From Squalus acanthias (lineage: Eukaryota): a stretch of DNA of 64,000 bases. The notes below the pieces were generated by a model. It had not been told where the DNA came from. It saw nothing but the letters and a program-made list of their open reading frames with translations, and did not search any database. Shown in pieces: positions 12,282 through 24,629 of this stretch. How positions within the stretch are numbered: position 1 is the stretch's first letter; each line of letters starts with the position of its first letter. The stretch is from the NCBI GenBank assembly GCA_030390025.1, contig CM059431.1, forward strand, positions 157,606,001-157,670,000, in the 5' to 3' direction. The translations under genes were made by a program, and so were the position numbers.

Positions 12282-13619
12282 CCCAAGTCACAGGCCTGAA
12301 GGTGTTAATGGCCTCGGTTTTTTGTTTCTGTTTTCCCCTGAGCAGAGGGAGCTCTTAAATTGAAGGCACACCTCTCCCTTTATATGAATTAATTGGGAGA
12401 GGGGCCTTCTCCCCTCTGCTCAATGGGTACTTAATTAAAAATAGATTGAGGTGCCTCTTAGAGAGAGAGGCAGAGAGAGACAGAGACAAAGAGAGAGAGA
12501 GAGGGGGTGGGAAGGAGGGAAGCCGCAAGGGCAGGGTCGCCACTCAGGATGGTGGGTGGGTGGGTGTTGGCAGGGGGGTGCACTCTCCAATGTAAAAAGT
12601 CTTTGGTGGTGGTCTTCTGGTGGGGGGAGAAGATGTCTTCACCTGGGATAGCTGGAGATGCCCAGGCTCAGTCCTGCACCAGGTCTTAACGATGCCCAAT
12701 AAGATTAAATTAATTGGGGACTTCACCTAGGCAGCTCCAGCTGTCCCAGGTCAGGCAATGGGAAAGGGGTGTTTAATATGGTGTGTGCGGCCTAGCTTTT
12801 ACAGAAGCCACACACATACACACACACCCCTTGGATGTCTTTTTTTTCCGGCCCTCTTCTTATCTTCTATCCTCCCCCCACCTACAAAACAAAGTCTCTG
12901 GGAGAGTGCCCCAGAAATAACACCCACCTGTAGCTGTTCTTTCCTTCCTTCCTCCTTCCAAACAGATGATGGATGTTGTGTTGTTTTCTCCCCTCTCTCC
13001 CTCTCCTAAAATGGAGGCCAATTGAGGAGGCAGTGTGGAAAGGCCTCTCCTCTGGTGTTAATGGCCTTGGCCTTCTTTTTTTTTCTTTCTCCTCTCCTGT
13101 CCTCTCTCTCCAGGCACCTCAGTTGTGGTTGTGGTTGTTGGTGGTGGTCTGCTGTCTGGTCTCCTTCTCCTTCTCCTCTTCCTGCTCACAGAGACCACCA
13201 CTCTGCTGCTGCTGCTCCTCAGTCAGCAGCTCCGAAAGCTTGTGATTTCAAATAAAACTGTTGGACTATAACCTGGTGTTGTGCGACTTCTCACATTTGT
13301 CCACCGCAGTCCAACACCGGCATCTCCACATCATGGCTAGTATTTGATGTAGTGAGAGACAAATTCACTTTTTTTTAAAAAAGAAACAGAGACAAGTCAA
13401 CATTCCAGACGTTGGAGCTAGTATTGTGTTGTGTGTGTGAGTGTACAAATCATTCCAAACATTCAGAAGCACGAGAGATGTGATCTAGTATCTATAAGAC
13501 AGGGCCTTGGTTTTCACAGGATTCAGAGGGAGATGTTTCTGGTGATAACATTTTGAGGGAAGCGCAAACGTTTGTGGCAGCCAGTATTAATAAAGCATTC
13601 TATGACAGCGTAGAACAAC

Positions 13620-13820
13620 AACTAGAACAAACTTGCGTTTATATAGCACCTTTAACGTAGTAAAACGTCTCAAAGTGCTTCACAGGAGTGTTACCAATCA
13701 GAATTTGACACCGAGTCACACAAGGTGATATTAGGACAGGTGAGCAAAAGCTTGCTTAAAGAGGTAAGGTTTAAGGAAGGTCTGAAAGGAGGAGAGCGAG
13801 AGAGAGGCGGAGGGGTTTAC
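13620..13820 (-). mobile_element. L2-type LINE 3' end
   Basis: Minus strand gives a degenerate L2-like C-terminus and an aaaggtgctatataaa...aagtt tail; a related tail lies on + at about 20880-20975. Confidence 0.55.
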
Positions 13821-14429
13821 AACATACGGGTGTTCCAGGGAGCAATGCTAAGATGGAATCCATATGTGCACAGTTCAGCAATAGGAAGGGAGATAGCACA
13901 ATTCTCAGTGGGTTTTGCAGGCCAGCGAGCAGTGGAGGTGAGAGAGGTGGGACTGGGGAAACTAGTTGTGGAGGATGCAATTTTGGGGCGATACAAAATA
14001 TTTCCTGTACTTTCTAAAAATGATGGTTGAAGTGAGAATGTTGATGTACTAGAGGAGGATGTGGGTCCACAGTTAGAGATCACTGTAGAGAAGGATTTGG
14101 ATCTGAGTAAAATAGCCGAGGTGGAGAAGTCACTGGGCTCAGAGATAATGCACCCCAGGCTGTTAGAGGAAGTCAGAGACGAGATAGGAGGGACTGACCA
14201 CAGCATTTCAACCCACGTTTAATATCAAAAATATACAGGTGGACTGAAGAAGCCCAAGTGATGATTCTGTTCTAATGTGGAGAGAGGATCAACCTGGCAA
14301 CCAGAGACCATTGTGTAGAAACTCCTCAAATCTGTTAATCCAGGTCGAATTAGTGAGCATTTAGCGATAGAGGATGATGAGGGGAGGCTGGAACGGACTA
14401 GCTGTAGAAAAATCCTGTATGACAATTTC

Positions 14430-15410
14430 ACGAACAATGACTGACAGGTAAAGACCCTTTGGTCCATCCAGACTTTCCCAGGCAATTGCGATACTTTGTC
14501 GCCCTATCCCAAACAAAACAAAGTGATCTCCTGGGTGAGGTGGAAAAAAACACGGAAAAAACACAGGCCAATTTGGGGGATTAAAATACGGGAAATTCAT
14601 CTCCGACCCATCTAGGCGATTGAAACTAGTCCAGCAGATCAATCTTACACTGAATTCCCGGAAGTGTCTTCCTGTTGTAAGCGGTGATGTCCGCAGCAAA
14701 CAGGAACAGGTCCAGCTCTCGCCTGAAGGAATTCACTGAGTCAGTGTCCACCGCCAGAGAAGGTATCCTGTTCCAGAGGTCGACTATTCTCTGGGGAAAG
14801 AACCACCTCCTGACATCTAACTTAAATCTGGCCTTGCACAACTTAAAATGGTGACCCCTGGCCCTCCGTAAGCTATGTAATTGGAACAAACTGTCAAATG
14901 GAACACAATCGATTCCCTTCATCATCTTATAAACCTCAATCAGATCACCGCTAAGTCTTTGCTTCTCTAAAGTGCAGAGTCCAAATTCTTAGCCTATCTT
15001 GATAACTAAGTTGCTTTTTACTGGGAATCAGTCTAATGTCCCTCCTCTGCAACAGTTTCAAAGCCTCACTATCACCCCCCATGTGAGGAGACCAAAACTG
15101 GACACAGTATTCCAAGTGAGGTCTTCACCAAGGTCTTGTACTAGGACAAAATAGGTCGTCTTATACCCAACTGTCCTATGAATGCAGCCCAATATCCCCT
15201 TTGTTCTTGCTATCGCTTCACGGCATTGCTCCTGTACCTTTAGAGATGTATCCACTAGAATGCCCCGATCTTCCTTTCTCCCCCTTATTTAATGCCATGA
15301 AGGGTGTATGAATGTTGAGCATTCGCACTGCCCACAGGCATAACACGGCACTTCTCCAAGCTAAACATCATTTGCCAGTCATGTGCCCAATCTCCCAACA
15401 CATTAAGATG
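14430..15410 (-). mobile_element. Divergent CR1-type LINE 3' part
   Basis: RARGHHFKL and FFPQRIVDLWN motifs (ORF 14626-14925); WQMMFSLEKCRVM near 15350. Confidence 0.8.
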
Positions 15411-15594
15411 CAGTTTTGTTGAGATGTGACTATACAGGTTGATGGAATGTTGCCCATGCGGTGTATGTGGGTTATCAGAAGGTGTTTGATAATGTGGCTC
15501 ACAGGAGGCTTCAGCCGTTTGGTATACGATGAAATGTGAGCCGCCTGGGTAGAAAGTGGATAATGTGTTTTGTTTTTTCCATTTTTGTTCACAG

Positions 15595-15761
15595 ATCAGA
15601 ACTCTACAATCACTGAGTTCTTGACAAAGTGCGACGATTACCAGCTGTTCCAATTCACGAAATTCTACCGGGACAGACTGGAACAGGCGATTGAAGGAGG
15701 GGTGGACGGACTTAACTCGTTGTTAACATACTTGAGGCATTTCAGTGGACAAGAACATCGG
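15595..15761 (+). CDS. NLR exon 2 (DQNSTITEFLTKCDDYQLFQFTKFYRDRLEQAIEGG...GQEHR), first half of CARD-like domain
   Basis: Polypyrimidine tract plus cag acceptor and CGG|gtaagt donor; open frame, phase 1 to 0. Confidence 0.85.
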
Positions 15762-16519
15762 GTAAGTGGGCGGGACACTGAATGAGTTTGGATTATCCAA
15801 ACATCAGAGAACTGACAGGAAATCAGATCTTAGAATCAGAGAATGTTACCGAAGAGAAACTCGTCAAATAGGAAAGAAATAGATAAAGCTGAAAATATTG
15901 TGAATCTGAAACAATGATATAAAGAGGTGAAAATACCCAGCGGATCCGTCCCTATCTGTACAAAGGACAGGGGAACGGTTCGGGTATCAGTCTTGTGTGG
16001 ACTGAAAACAAGCGAATACAGTTTTAGTGGGACTGGGAAAAGGAGAGACGAGAGGCAACAGACAGGGATTAAAGGGAAGGTCATGAGTTTACTGACCTGG
16101 AAACTACTTAACGTAAATTAAGGAACCGAGAGATGACAAAAATCATCTGCGGTGTCAATGAGAGGCATTTCAAGAACAAAAACAAAATGGTAAAATGGTT
16201 AAAATGTGTGAGACTCGAACAGGAAAACTAACCCCCAAAAAATGAGGATTGAAAACCCGACGCTGGGCAGGTTTTTCTTCCCCCTGCATCACCGGGGGTC
16301 AATTCCAACTTCGGCAGAGACTCAATCCGGGCGGTAGAGCCTGTCGTGGAGCGACACTCCCGGGACAGCCCTTCAGGAAATTACAGCAAGCAGCCTGTAA
16401 TGTTCTGTCAGTTACCTGTAATGGAACAGAGCTAAATGGAAATGATAATCGGGCAGGGTGTGTAATGGACGGTCGACATGCTACCAACTTTCCAAGTTGA
16501 TCGTCTAGGAAACTTACTC

Positions 16520-16930
16520 TCATCCCAACCGCCTGCTCACTACCCATTACCGTTAATATCCCACCTAGTCTAATCCCAACCTCCTGCTCACTGCCCATTA
16601 CCGTTAATATCCCACCTAGTCTAATCCCAACCTCCTGCTCACTGCCCATTACCGTTAATATCCCACCTAGTCTAATCCCAACCTCCTGCTCACTACCCAT
16701 TACCGTTAATATCCCACCTAGTCTAATCCCAACCTCCTGCTCACTACCCATTACCGTTAATATCCCACCTAGTCTAATCCCAACCTCCTGCTCACTACCC
16801 ATTACCGTTAATATCCCACCTAGTCTAATCCCAACCTCCTGCTCACTGCCCATTCCCGTTAATATCCCACCTAGTCTAATCCCAACCTCCTGCTCACTGC
16901 CCATTCCCGTTAATATCCCACCTAGTTTAA
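16520..16930. repeat. 51-bp minisatellite, about 8 copies
   Basis: Unit ctaatcccaacctcctgctcactRcccattaccgttaatatcccacctagt; explains the 17-aa repeat ORF. Confidence 0.95.
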
Positions 16931-17417
16931 TTCTAACCTCCTGGTGACCGCATTATGGTTAGTATCCAAATTAGTCCAGGTGCAATCTTCTCTTCACTCC
17001 CCATACTCCAGCATTCCTTTCTATCCACGCAGCAATAGAAATAGATTTTATCACGAAAATGTCGACATGCTTCCACAATAGTCTGTGATTGAATTATGCT
17101 TTCTAACCACCTTGTGTGTAAATAAATTATCAACGTTCACCCCAATTCTTTGAATTAGCCTAAATATGTGCCCTCTGGGCAATCTTTGGAAACTATCAGT
17201 AACTATTTATTTGATCATAACTCTTCAGAATCTGAAGACTTGCAGCAACTTCTCACTTAATCTGCTCACCTCTAGTGGAATGAGCCCAGTGTTCTCAAAT
17301 CGCAGTCTCTAACAGTAACTCCACATCCCTGCTAACATCCCAGTGCAATTGCACGCCTGTTTTTCCATTGCTTTTACATTGTATAAATGGAGTCTCTAAA
17401 CTTGTACACAACTGGGT

Positions 17418-17585
17418 AAATTACCAGCCCCTGAGCTCTTGATGTGGAACGTCACTGCCCAGGAGAATATCATGAAATTGAGATCAAAAATTCAGTCTGT
17501 AATTACCTGCCCCTGTGCTCTTGGTGTGGAACGTCACTGCCCAGGGGGGAACATCAGGAAATTGAGATTATTCAGTCTGTCATTT
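17418..17585. repeat. Two-copy tandem duplication, about 82 bp
   Basis: aattacc.gcccctg.gctcttg.tgtggaacgtcactgcccagg...gaaattgagat occurs twice. Confidence 0.8.
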
Positions 17586-18149
17586 GCTGTCCGCTCACTT
17601 TAATGGTTTGGTTTCTGCACCATTTTATTCAAGGAGTGAGTGACTGGGGGATGAAATAGTGGTAATTTCATATTTTTGTAATGGGCCAGATTGATTTTGC
17701 GGTAGAAATAACGGTGGGGCTGACAGCGCTCACTGTTATTAAAGTGTAAATTTGACAGTAACTTCCAGCGACCGCACATGCGGAGTTAAAGAGGAACATC
17801 GGGAAGTTGCTGTCCGAGTTGCCCTGCTGCTCCCAAAGCTGCGCGAGAATGGTATCTCGCCGGAGACTCGCCATTGAAATGAATGGAACGGCGTTAAATT
17901 ACTGTACTTACCTGATAGATACACAGGAAACTCGCCAGGAAAAGTCGGGGCTTGCCTATTCCAGTGTAATTATTTGTTTAACGGCGTGATCAGTCTTAAC
18001 TAATGCCAGACAACCTCTCTGGCACAGAAAATTAACTTTTACAAGTGTGGAGTCTCATTCCTTTGGATTTTAATTATTGTTGGTGCTGTACAAACAAAAA
18101 TTCAATAATGTTTGTACCGTTTCTTTCTGTCTCTTTTTTCGCTCCCTCT

Positions 18150-18540
18150 AAACATAAGAGAAGAAATAATAGCAGGAGTGGGCCATTTATCCCTTCGAGC
18201 CTGCTCTGCCATTCAATAAGATCATGGCTGATATTCTACCTCATCTCCCCTTTCCTGCAATATCCCCATAACCCTTGATTCCCTTAAGATTCAAAAATCT
18301 ATCCATCTCTGTCTTGAATATACTCAACAACTGAGCCTCCTCAGCCCTCTGGGGTAGCGAATTCTAAAGATTCACCACCCTCTAAGTGAAGAAATTTCTC
18401 CTTACCACAGTCCTAAATGGCCGACCCCTTTTTCTAAGACTGTGACCCCTGGTTGCAGACTCCCCAGCCAGGGGAAGCATCCTCCCTGCATCTACCCTGT
18501 CAAGCCCTGTAAGAATTTTATATGTTTCAGTGAGATGCAT
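18150..18540 (-). mobile_element. Short CR1 3' end
   Basis: Standard CR1 tail plus RT C-terminus, reverse orientation. Confidence 0.85.
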
Positions 18541-18734
18541 TCTGAATCCAATCTTTCTTTCCCTCTCTCTCTTTATTTCACTTTCTGCATGTGATTTGAC
18601 ATTGCATTCTATATTCTAACTAAGACTTCCTGGTTCAGACATTGCGTAAGGATTCTTCAAGCCGATTGGTTAAGGAAACATACAGTCGCTTCTCCTGTTC
18701 CCTCTGTAGAGGGCGCTGGGCGTTTTGGCTCTAA

Positions 18735-20680
18735 TTTACACTGACGATGAAGGAACGGCGATATATGTTCAAGTCAGGATCATATGTTACTTGAAGCGGA
18801 ACTTGGAGGTGGTGGTGTTTCCATGCAGATGCTGCTCTTGTCCTTCTAGGTGGCAGAGGGCGCGGGTTTGAGAGGTGCTGTCAAAGAAGACTGGGCGAAC
18901 TGCTGCAGCTCTTTCTGTAAATAGCACACACTGCAGCGATGGTGCACCGTTGGAGGAGGGATTGGATGTTTAAGGTGGTGGGTGGGCTGCCGATGAAGTG
19001 TATTTCTCTGTCCTGGATTGCGTGGAGCTTCTTGAGTATTGTTGCAGCTGCACCTATCCAAGCAAGTGGAGAGTTTTCCATCACATGCCGCAGTTGTACC
19101 TTATAGGTGCAGGAGAGGCTCCTGGGTGACAGGAGTTGAGCCACTCGCCACAGAATACCCAGCCTCTTACCTGCTCTAGCAGCCATGAGTTTTTTTGTGG
19201 CTAGTCAATGGTAGGGATTTGACGATGGCAATGCCAGTGAATGACAAAAGGACATGGTTGGACTCTCTTGTGGGAGACGGGCATTGCCTGACACTTGTGG
19301 GGCGCGAATGTTACTTCCCACTTGTCCGCCCAAGCCTAGATATTGTCCAGGACTTGCTCCATGCAAGCATGGGCTGCATCATTATCTGACGAATTGAAAA
19401 TGGAGCTGAACACTGCAATCATCAGAGAACATCCCCACTCCTGGCTTTATGATGGAGGGGAGGTAATTGGCGAAGCAGCTGAAGTGGTTAGTCCGAAGAC
19501 TCTGCCCCGAGGAACTCCTGCAGTGATGTCCTGGTGCTGAGACGATTCGCCTCCAACAACCGCACTCCATGGTGCCACACACGTCGAACACTGCCTTGAT
19601 GTCGAGCACAGTCACTGTCACCTCACAGCTGGAATTCAGTTCTTTGGAGTCGATTGGTCCTGGTGGAACTCAAATTGAGCCTCAGTGAGCAGCTTATTTG
19701 TGATTAAGTGCTGCTTGATAGTAGTGTTGATAACTCCTTCCAACACTTTGATGATTGAGAGCAGGCTGATAGGGCGGTAATTGATCGGCTTGGATTTGTC
19801 CCGCTCTTTGTGGACAGGACATACCTGGACAATTCTCTACATTGATTCCAGTGCTCTGGATGTACTGGAACAACTTGACTAGAGATGCGGTTAGTTCCAG
19901 AGCACAGATCTTCAACACCACAGCCAGAATGTTGACGGGACCTTTAGCATTTGCTGTGCCCAGTGCATTCATTTGTTTCTTGATATCTGAATGCGGTGGA
20001 ACTAGGCACTAAATCTCACACCTACTGTACATTCTGGACCTTTTGTCACCTTTAGTGCTTCCTCCAAATTGTGTTCAGTATGGAGGAGTACTGATTAATC
20101 GGCTGAGGGAGGGCAGAAGGTGGTAATCAGCAGGAGGTTTCCTTGCCGATGTTTGACCTGAATCCATGAGACTTCATAGGCTCTGGAGTCAATGTTAATG
20201 ATTCCCAGGACACTTACATCTGAGGGTATATCACTGCCCCCACCGCTGGTGGGTCTGTCCTACTGGGACAGGAAATACCGATGAATGCTGATGGAGGTGC
20301 CTGGGACGTTGGCTAATAAATATGATTTTATAAGTATCACTACGTCACACAGTTGCTTGATTAATGTGTGGTCCACTTCTCCCTACTTTGGCACCAGTCC
20401 CCAGGTGTTAGTGAGGAGGGCTTTGCAGGGTTGACTGGGCTGGGTGTTCCTTCATCGTGTCCGAATCCAATGCCGAAGCCGAGCGGTCCGCCCGGTTTTA
20501 TTCTTCCGTATCCTTCTTTCGAGAGGATTTCTAGGCCATTTCAGAGGCCATCACATTGGTGAAGGACTGGAGTCACGTATAGGAAAGACGAAAAGGACAT
20601 TAGGTTTTACGACAATCTTTATTAATATCAGCTTTTTATTTCGAAATGTTTCAAATTCGAATTTGAATTCAAATTCATGA
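18735..20680 (-). mobile_element. Decayed LINE, same family as 57155-59410
   Basis: ALGTANAKGPVNILAVVLKICALEL and VGMFSDD remnants; its 5' region matches 57255-57600. Confidence 0.75.
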
Positions 20681-20684
20681 AACA

Positions 20685-20808
20685 ATGGCGAGAAAGCAGG
20701 AATGGGGTACTGAGGTAGCATGTTCAGCCATGAACGCATTGAATGGCGGTGCAGGCTCGAAGGACCGAATGGTCTACTCCTGTACCTATTTTCTATGTTT
20801 CTATGTAA
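20685..20808 (+). mobile_element. CR1 3' tail only
   Basis: Nearly identical to the tail at 38869-38990. Confidence 0.8.
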
Positions 20809-20974
20809 TCACGATGATATTTGAACCGTTGTCTCTAGATTACTCGTCCAGTAACATAACCAACAGGCTATCGTTCTCGACGCCTCGTCATCTCTATGTC
20901 CATTGTCTGATTGCACCTCTGTGAAGTGTCTTTTGACGTTTTCTTTTTTGCATTAAAGGTGTTATATAAATGTA

Positions 20975-23900
20975 ATTTTGGAGGGGGAGGGCGAACAGCC
21001 AGCTGTCGTGGTGCACATAGGCACCAACGATATAGGTAAAAAAGGGGATGAGGTCCTAAAAGCAGAATATAGGGAGTTAGGAGGTAAATTAAAAAATAGG
21101 ACCTCAAAGGTAGTAATCTCAGGATTGCTACCAGTGCCACGTGCTAGTCAGAGTAGAAATAGGAGGATATTTCAAATGAATACGTGGCTAGAGGAATGGT
21201 GCAAGGGGGAGGGATTCAAATTCCTGGGACATTGGAACCGGTTCTGGGGGAGGTGGGACCAGTACAAACCGGACGGTCTGCACCTGGGCAGGGCCGGGAC
21301 CGCTGTCCTAGGGGGAGTGTTTGCTAGTGCTGTTGGGGAGGATTTAAACTAATGTGGCAGGGGGTTGGGAACCTGAGCAGGGAGACAGAGGAAAGCATGT
21401 CAGGAAGGGACAGAAGGTATGGAGCAAAAGGTAAAGTGTTGAATAAGGAAAAAGCAGGAAGTAAGTGTCGCAAAACACATTTGAAAGTTCTTTATCTGAA
21501 TGCACGTAGCATTCGTAACAAAATTGACGAGTTAACGGCACAAATAATTATGTATGGGTATGATCTTGTGGCCATTACAGAAACATGGCTGCAGGGTGAC
21601 AACGTCTGGGAATTAAATATGCCAGGGTATTTAACAATCAGGAAGGACAGGCAGGAAGGAAGGGGAGGGGGGGTGGCTATGTTAATAAAGGAAGGAATCA
21701 CTAATACAGAGAAATGATATTGGGTCAAAAGATCAGGATAATGAAACAGTTTGGGTAGAGATAAGGAATAATAAGGGGAAAAAAACACTGGTGGGCATAG
21801 TATATAGGCCTAATAGTTGCAACTCTGTTGGAAGAAGTATTAATCAGGAAATAGTTGGGGCATGTAATAAGGGAACAGCTATAATTATGGGGGATTTTAA
21901 CTATCATATTAACTGGACAAATCAAATTGGGCAGGGCAGGCTTGAGGAAGAGTTTATTGAGTGTCTTAGGGATGGATTTCTTGAGCAGTATGTAACTGAT
22001 CCTACAAGGGGGCAAGCAACCTTGGACCTGGTACTGTGTAATGAGTCTGGATTAATTAATAGTGTCCTAGTTAAGGATCCCCTTGGAATGAGTGACCATA
22101 ACATGGTTGAATTCCATATCCAATTAGAGGGTGAGAAGGTTGGTTCTCAAACAAGCATACTGAGCTTGAATAAAGGAGACTATGATGGCATGAGAGCAGA
22201 ATTGATTAAAGTGGACTGGGAAAATAGATTAAAGGGTAAGACGGTACATGAGCAGTGGTGTTCATTCAAGGAGTTATTTTACAACTTTCAAAATAAATAT
22301 ATTCCACTGAGGAAAAAAGGGTGTAAAAGAAATGACAGCCATCCGTGGCTAAGTAAAGAAATTAAAGAAAGTATCCAACTAAAAACAAGGACATATAAGG
22401 TAGCCAAAGTTAGTGGGAGGATAGAAGATTGGGAAGTCTTCAAAAGACAACAAAAAGTAACTAAAGGATTGATTAAGAAAGGGAAAATAGACTATGAAAA
22501 TAAATTAGCAAAAAATATAAAAACAGATAGCAAGAGTTTCTATAGTTATATAAAAAGAAAAAGGGTGGTTAAGGCAAACGTAGGTCCCTTAGAGGATGAG
22601 ACCGGGAAATTAATGGTGGGAAACATGGAGATGGCAAAAATGCTGAACAAATATTTTGTTTCAGTCTTTACGGTAGAGGACACTAAGAATATCCCAACAC
22701 TGGACAAACAGGGGCTCTAGTGGGGGAGGAGCTAAATACGATTAAAATCACTAAGCAATTGGTACTCAGTAAAATAATGGGACTCAAGGCGGATAAATCC
22801 CCTGGACCTGATGGCTTACATCCTAGGGTCTTGAGGGAAGTGGCAGTAGGAATTGTGGATGCTTTGGTAATAATTTTCCAAAACTCCCTGAACTCAGCAA
22901 AGGTCCTGGCAGATTGGAAAACTGCTAATGTAACACCCTTATTTAAAAAGGGTTGTAGGCAGAAGGCTGGAAATTATAGACCAGTTAGCCTAACATCTGT
23001 GGTGGGTAAAATTTTGGAGTCTATTATTAAGGAGACAGTAACGGAACATTTAGATAAACATAATTTAATAGGACAAAGTCAGCATGGCTTTATGAAGGGG
23101 AAGTCATGTCTGACAAATTTGCTCTAGTTCTTTGAGGGCATAACGTACAGGGTGGATAAAGGGGAACCAGTGGATGTAGTGTATTTAGACTTCCAGAAGG
23201 CATTCGACAAGGTGCCACATAAAAGATTATTACTCAAGATAAAAAATCACTGGATTGGGGGTAATATTCTGGCATGGGTGGAGGATTGGTTATCTAACGG
23301 GAAGCAGAGAGTTGGGATAAATGGTTCATTCTCGGACTGGTAGCCAGTGGTGTTCCGCAGGGGTCGGTGCTGGGTCCCCAACTCTTTACAATCTATATTA
23401 ACGATTTGGAGGAGGGGACCGAGTGTAACATATCAAAGTTTGCAGATGATACAAAGATGGGAGGGAAAGTAGAGAGTAAGGAGGACATAAAAAACCTACA
23501 AGGGGATATAGACAGGCTGAGTGAGTGGGCAGAGATTTGGCAGATGCAATACAATATTGGAAAATGTGAGGTTATGCACTTTGGCAGGAAAAATCAGAGA
23601 GCAAGTTATTATCTTAATGGCGAGAAACTGGAAAGTACTGCAGTACAAAGGGATCTGGGGGTCTTGGTGCAAGAAAATCAAAAAGTTAGTATGCAGGTGC
23701 AGCAGGTGATCAAGAAAGCCAATGGAATGTTGGCTTTTATTGCTAGGGGGATAGAATATAAAAACGGGGAGGTATTGCTGCAGTTGTATAGGGTATTGGT
23801 GAGACCGCACCTGGAGTACTGCATACAGTTTTGGTGTCCATACTTAAGAAAAGACATACTTGCTCTCGAGGCAGTGCAAAGAAGGTTCACTCGGTTAATT

Positions 23901-24472
23901 CCGGGGATGAGGGGGTGGACATACGAGGAGAGGTTGAGTAGATTGGGACTCTACTCATCGGAGTTCAGAAGAATGAGAGGCGATCTTATTGAAACATATA
24001 AGATTGTGAAGGGGCTTGATCGGGTGGACGCGGTGAGGATGTTCCCAATGATGGGTGAAACTAGAACTAGGGGACATAATCTTAGAATAAGGGGCTCCTC
24101 TTTCAAAACTGAGATGAGGAGAAACTTTTTCACTCAGAGGGTAGTGGGTCTGTGGAATTTGCTGCCCCAGGAAGCTGTGGAAGCTACTTCATTAAATAAA
24201 TTTAAAACCGAAATAGACCGTTTCCTAGAAGTAAAGGGAATCAGGGGTTACGGGGAGCGGGCTGGAAATTGGACATGAGTTTGACTTCGGATCGGTCAAG
24301 GCCCTGTGGGTGGCGGAGCGGGCCCGGGGCCGAGTGGCCTGGTCCTGCTCCTACTTCTTGTGTTCTTTAGAGTTGAGGTTGGATCAGATCAGCCATGATC
24401 TCATTGAATGGCGGAGCAGGCTCGAGGGGCCGATTGGTCTACTCCTGCTCCTATTTCTTATGTTCTTATGTA
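20975..24472 (+). mobile_element. CR1 LINE copy A, 5'-truncated in ORF1, disabled ORF2, double 3' tail
   Basis: SGNH C-terminus, YLNARSI endonuclease and FADD RT motifs; near-identical to 49190-52657. Confidence 0.95.
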
Positions 24473-24629
24473 AGTTTTGATGATGAAAGTCCTGACTACA
24501 GCAACCCCATTGCTGGATATATGTTCCCGGTTACTGAGGTTTCATCCCGGCAGCAGATGTGCAAAATAACGGGTGTCAGACATTTCAATTATCGGGGGGA
24601 AAAGCGATTAGATTTTTCATCATTATTTT

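Larger units (their letters stand above)
6103..13228 (-). mobile_element. Full-length Tx1-clade (L1 superfamily) non-LTR retrotransposon
   Basis: About 950-bp 5'UTR, gag-like ORF1, APE-RT-Zn finger ORF2 and a very short A-rich 3' end. GC-rich relative to the host; flanked by a 53-bp direct repeat. Confidence 0.9.
5969..13339. mobile_element. Penelope-like terminal inverted-repeat (hairpin) element, split by the Tx1 insertion
   Basis: Arm 5966-6032 is inverted relative to 6050-6102 and 13229-13296. Hammerhead-like core on the - strand at 6021-6048. Flanked by the 11-bp direct repeat GTATTTGATGT at 5958-5968 and 13340-13350. Confidence 0.75.

Noticed and set aside
6155..12363. Numerous + strand ORFs antisense to the Tx1 element
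   Set aside because: Expected shadow ORFs of GC-rich coding sequence; no recognisable motifs.
16299..16904. 201-aa ORF with 17-aa repeats; array superficially CRISPR-like
   Set aside because: It is the translation of a 51-bp minisatellite; there are no unique spacers or cas genes, and the context is eukaryotic.
17683..18732. Second Harbinger-like MITE with an AAT TSD
   Set aside because: Terminal inverted match is too weak to fix the boundaries.
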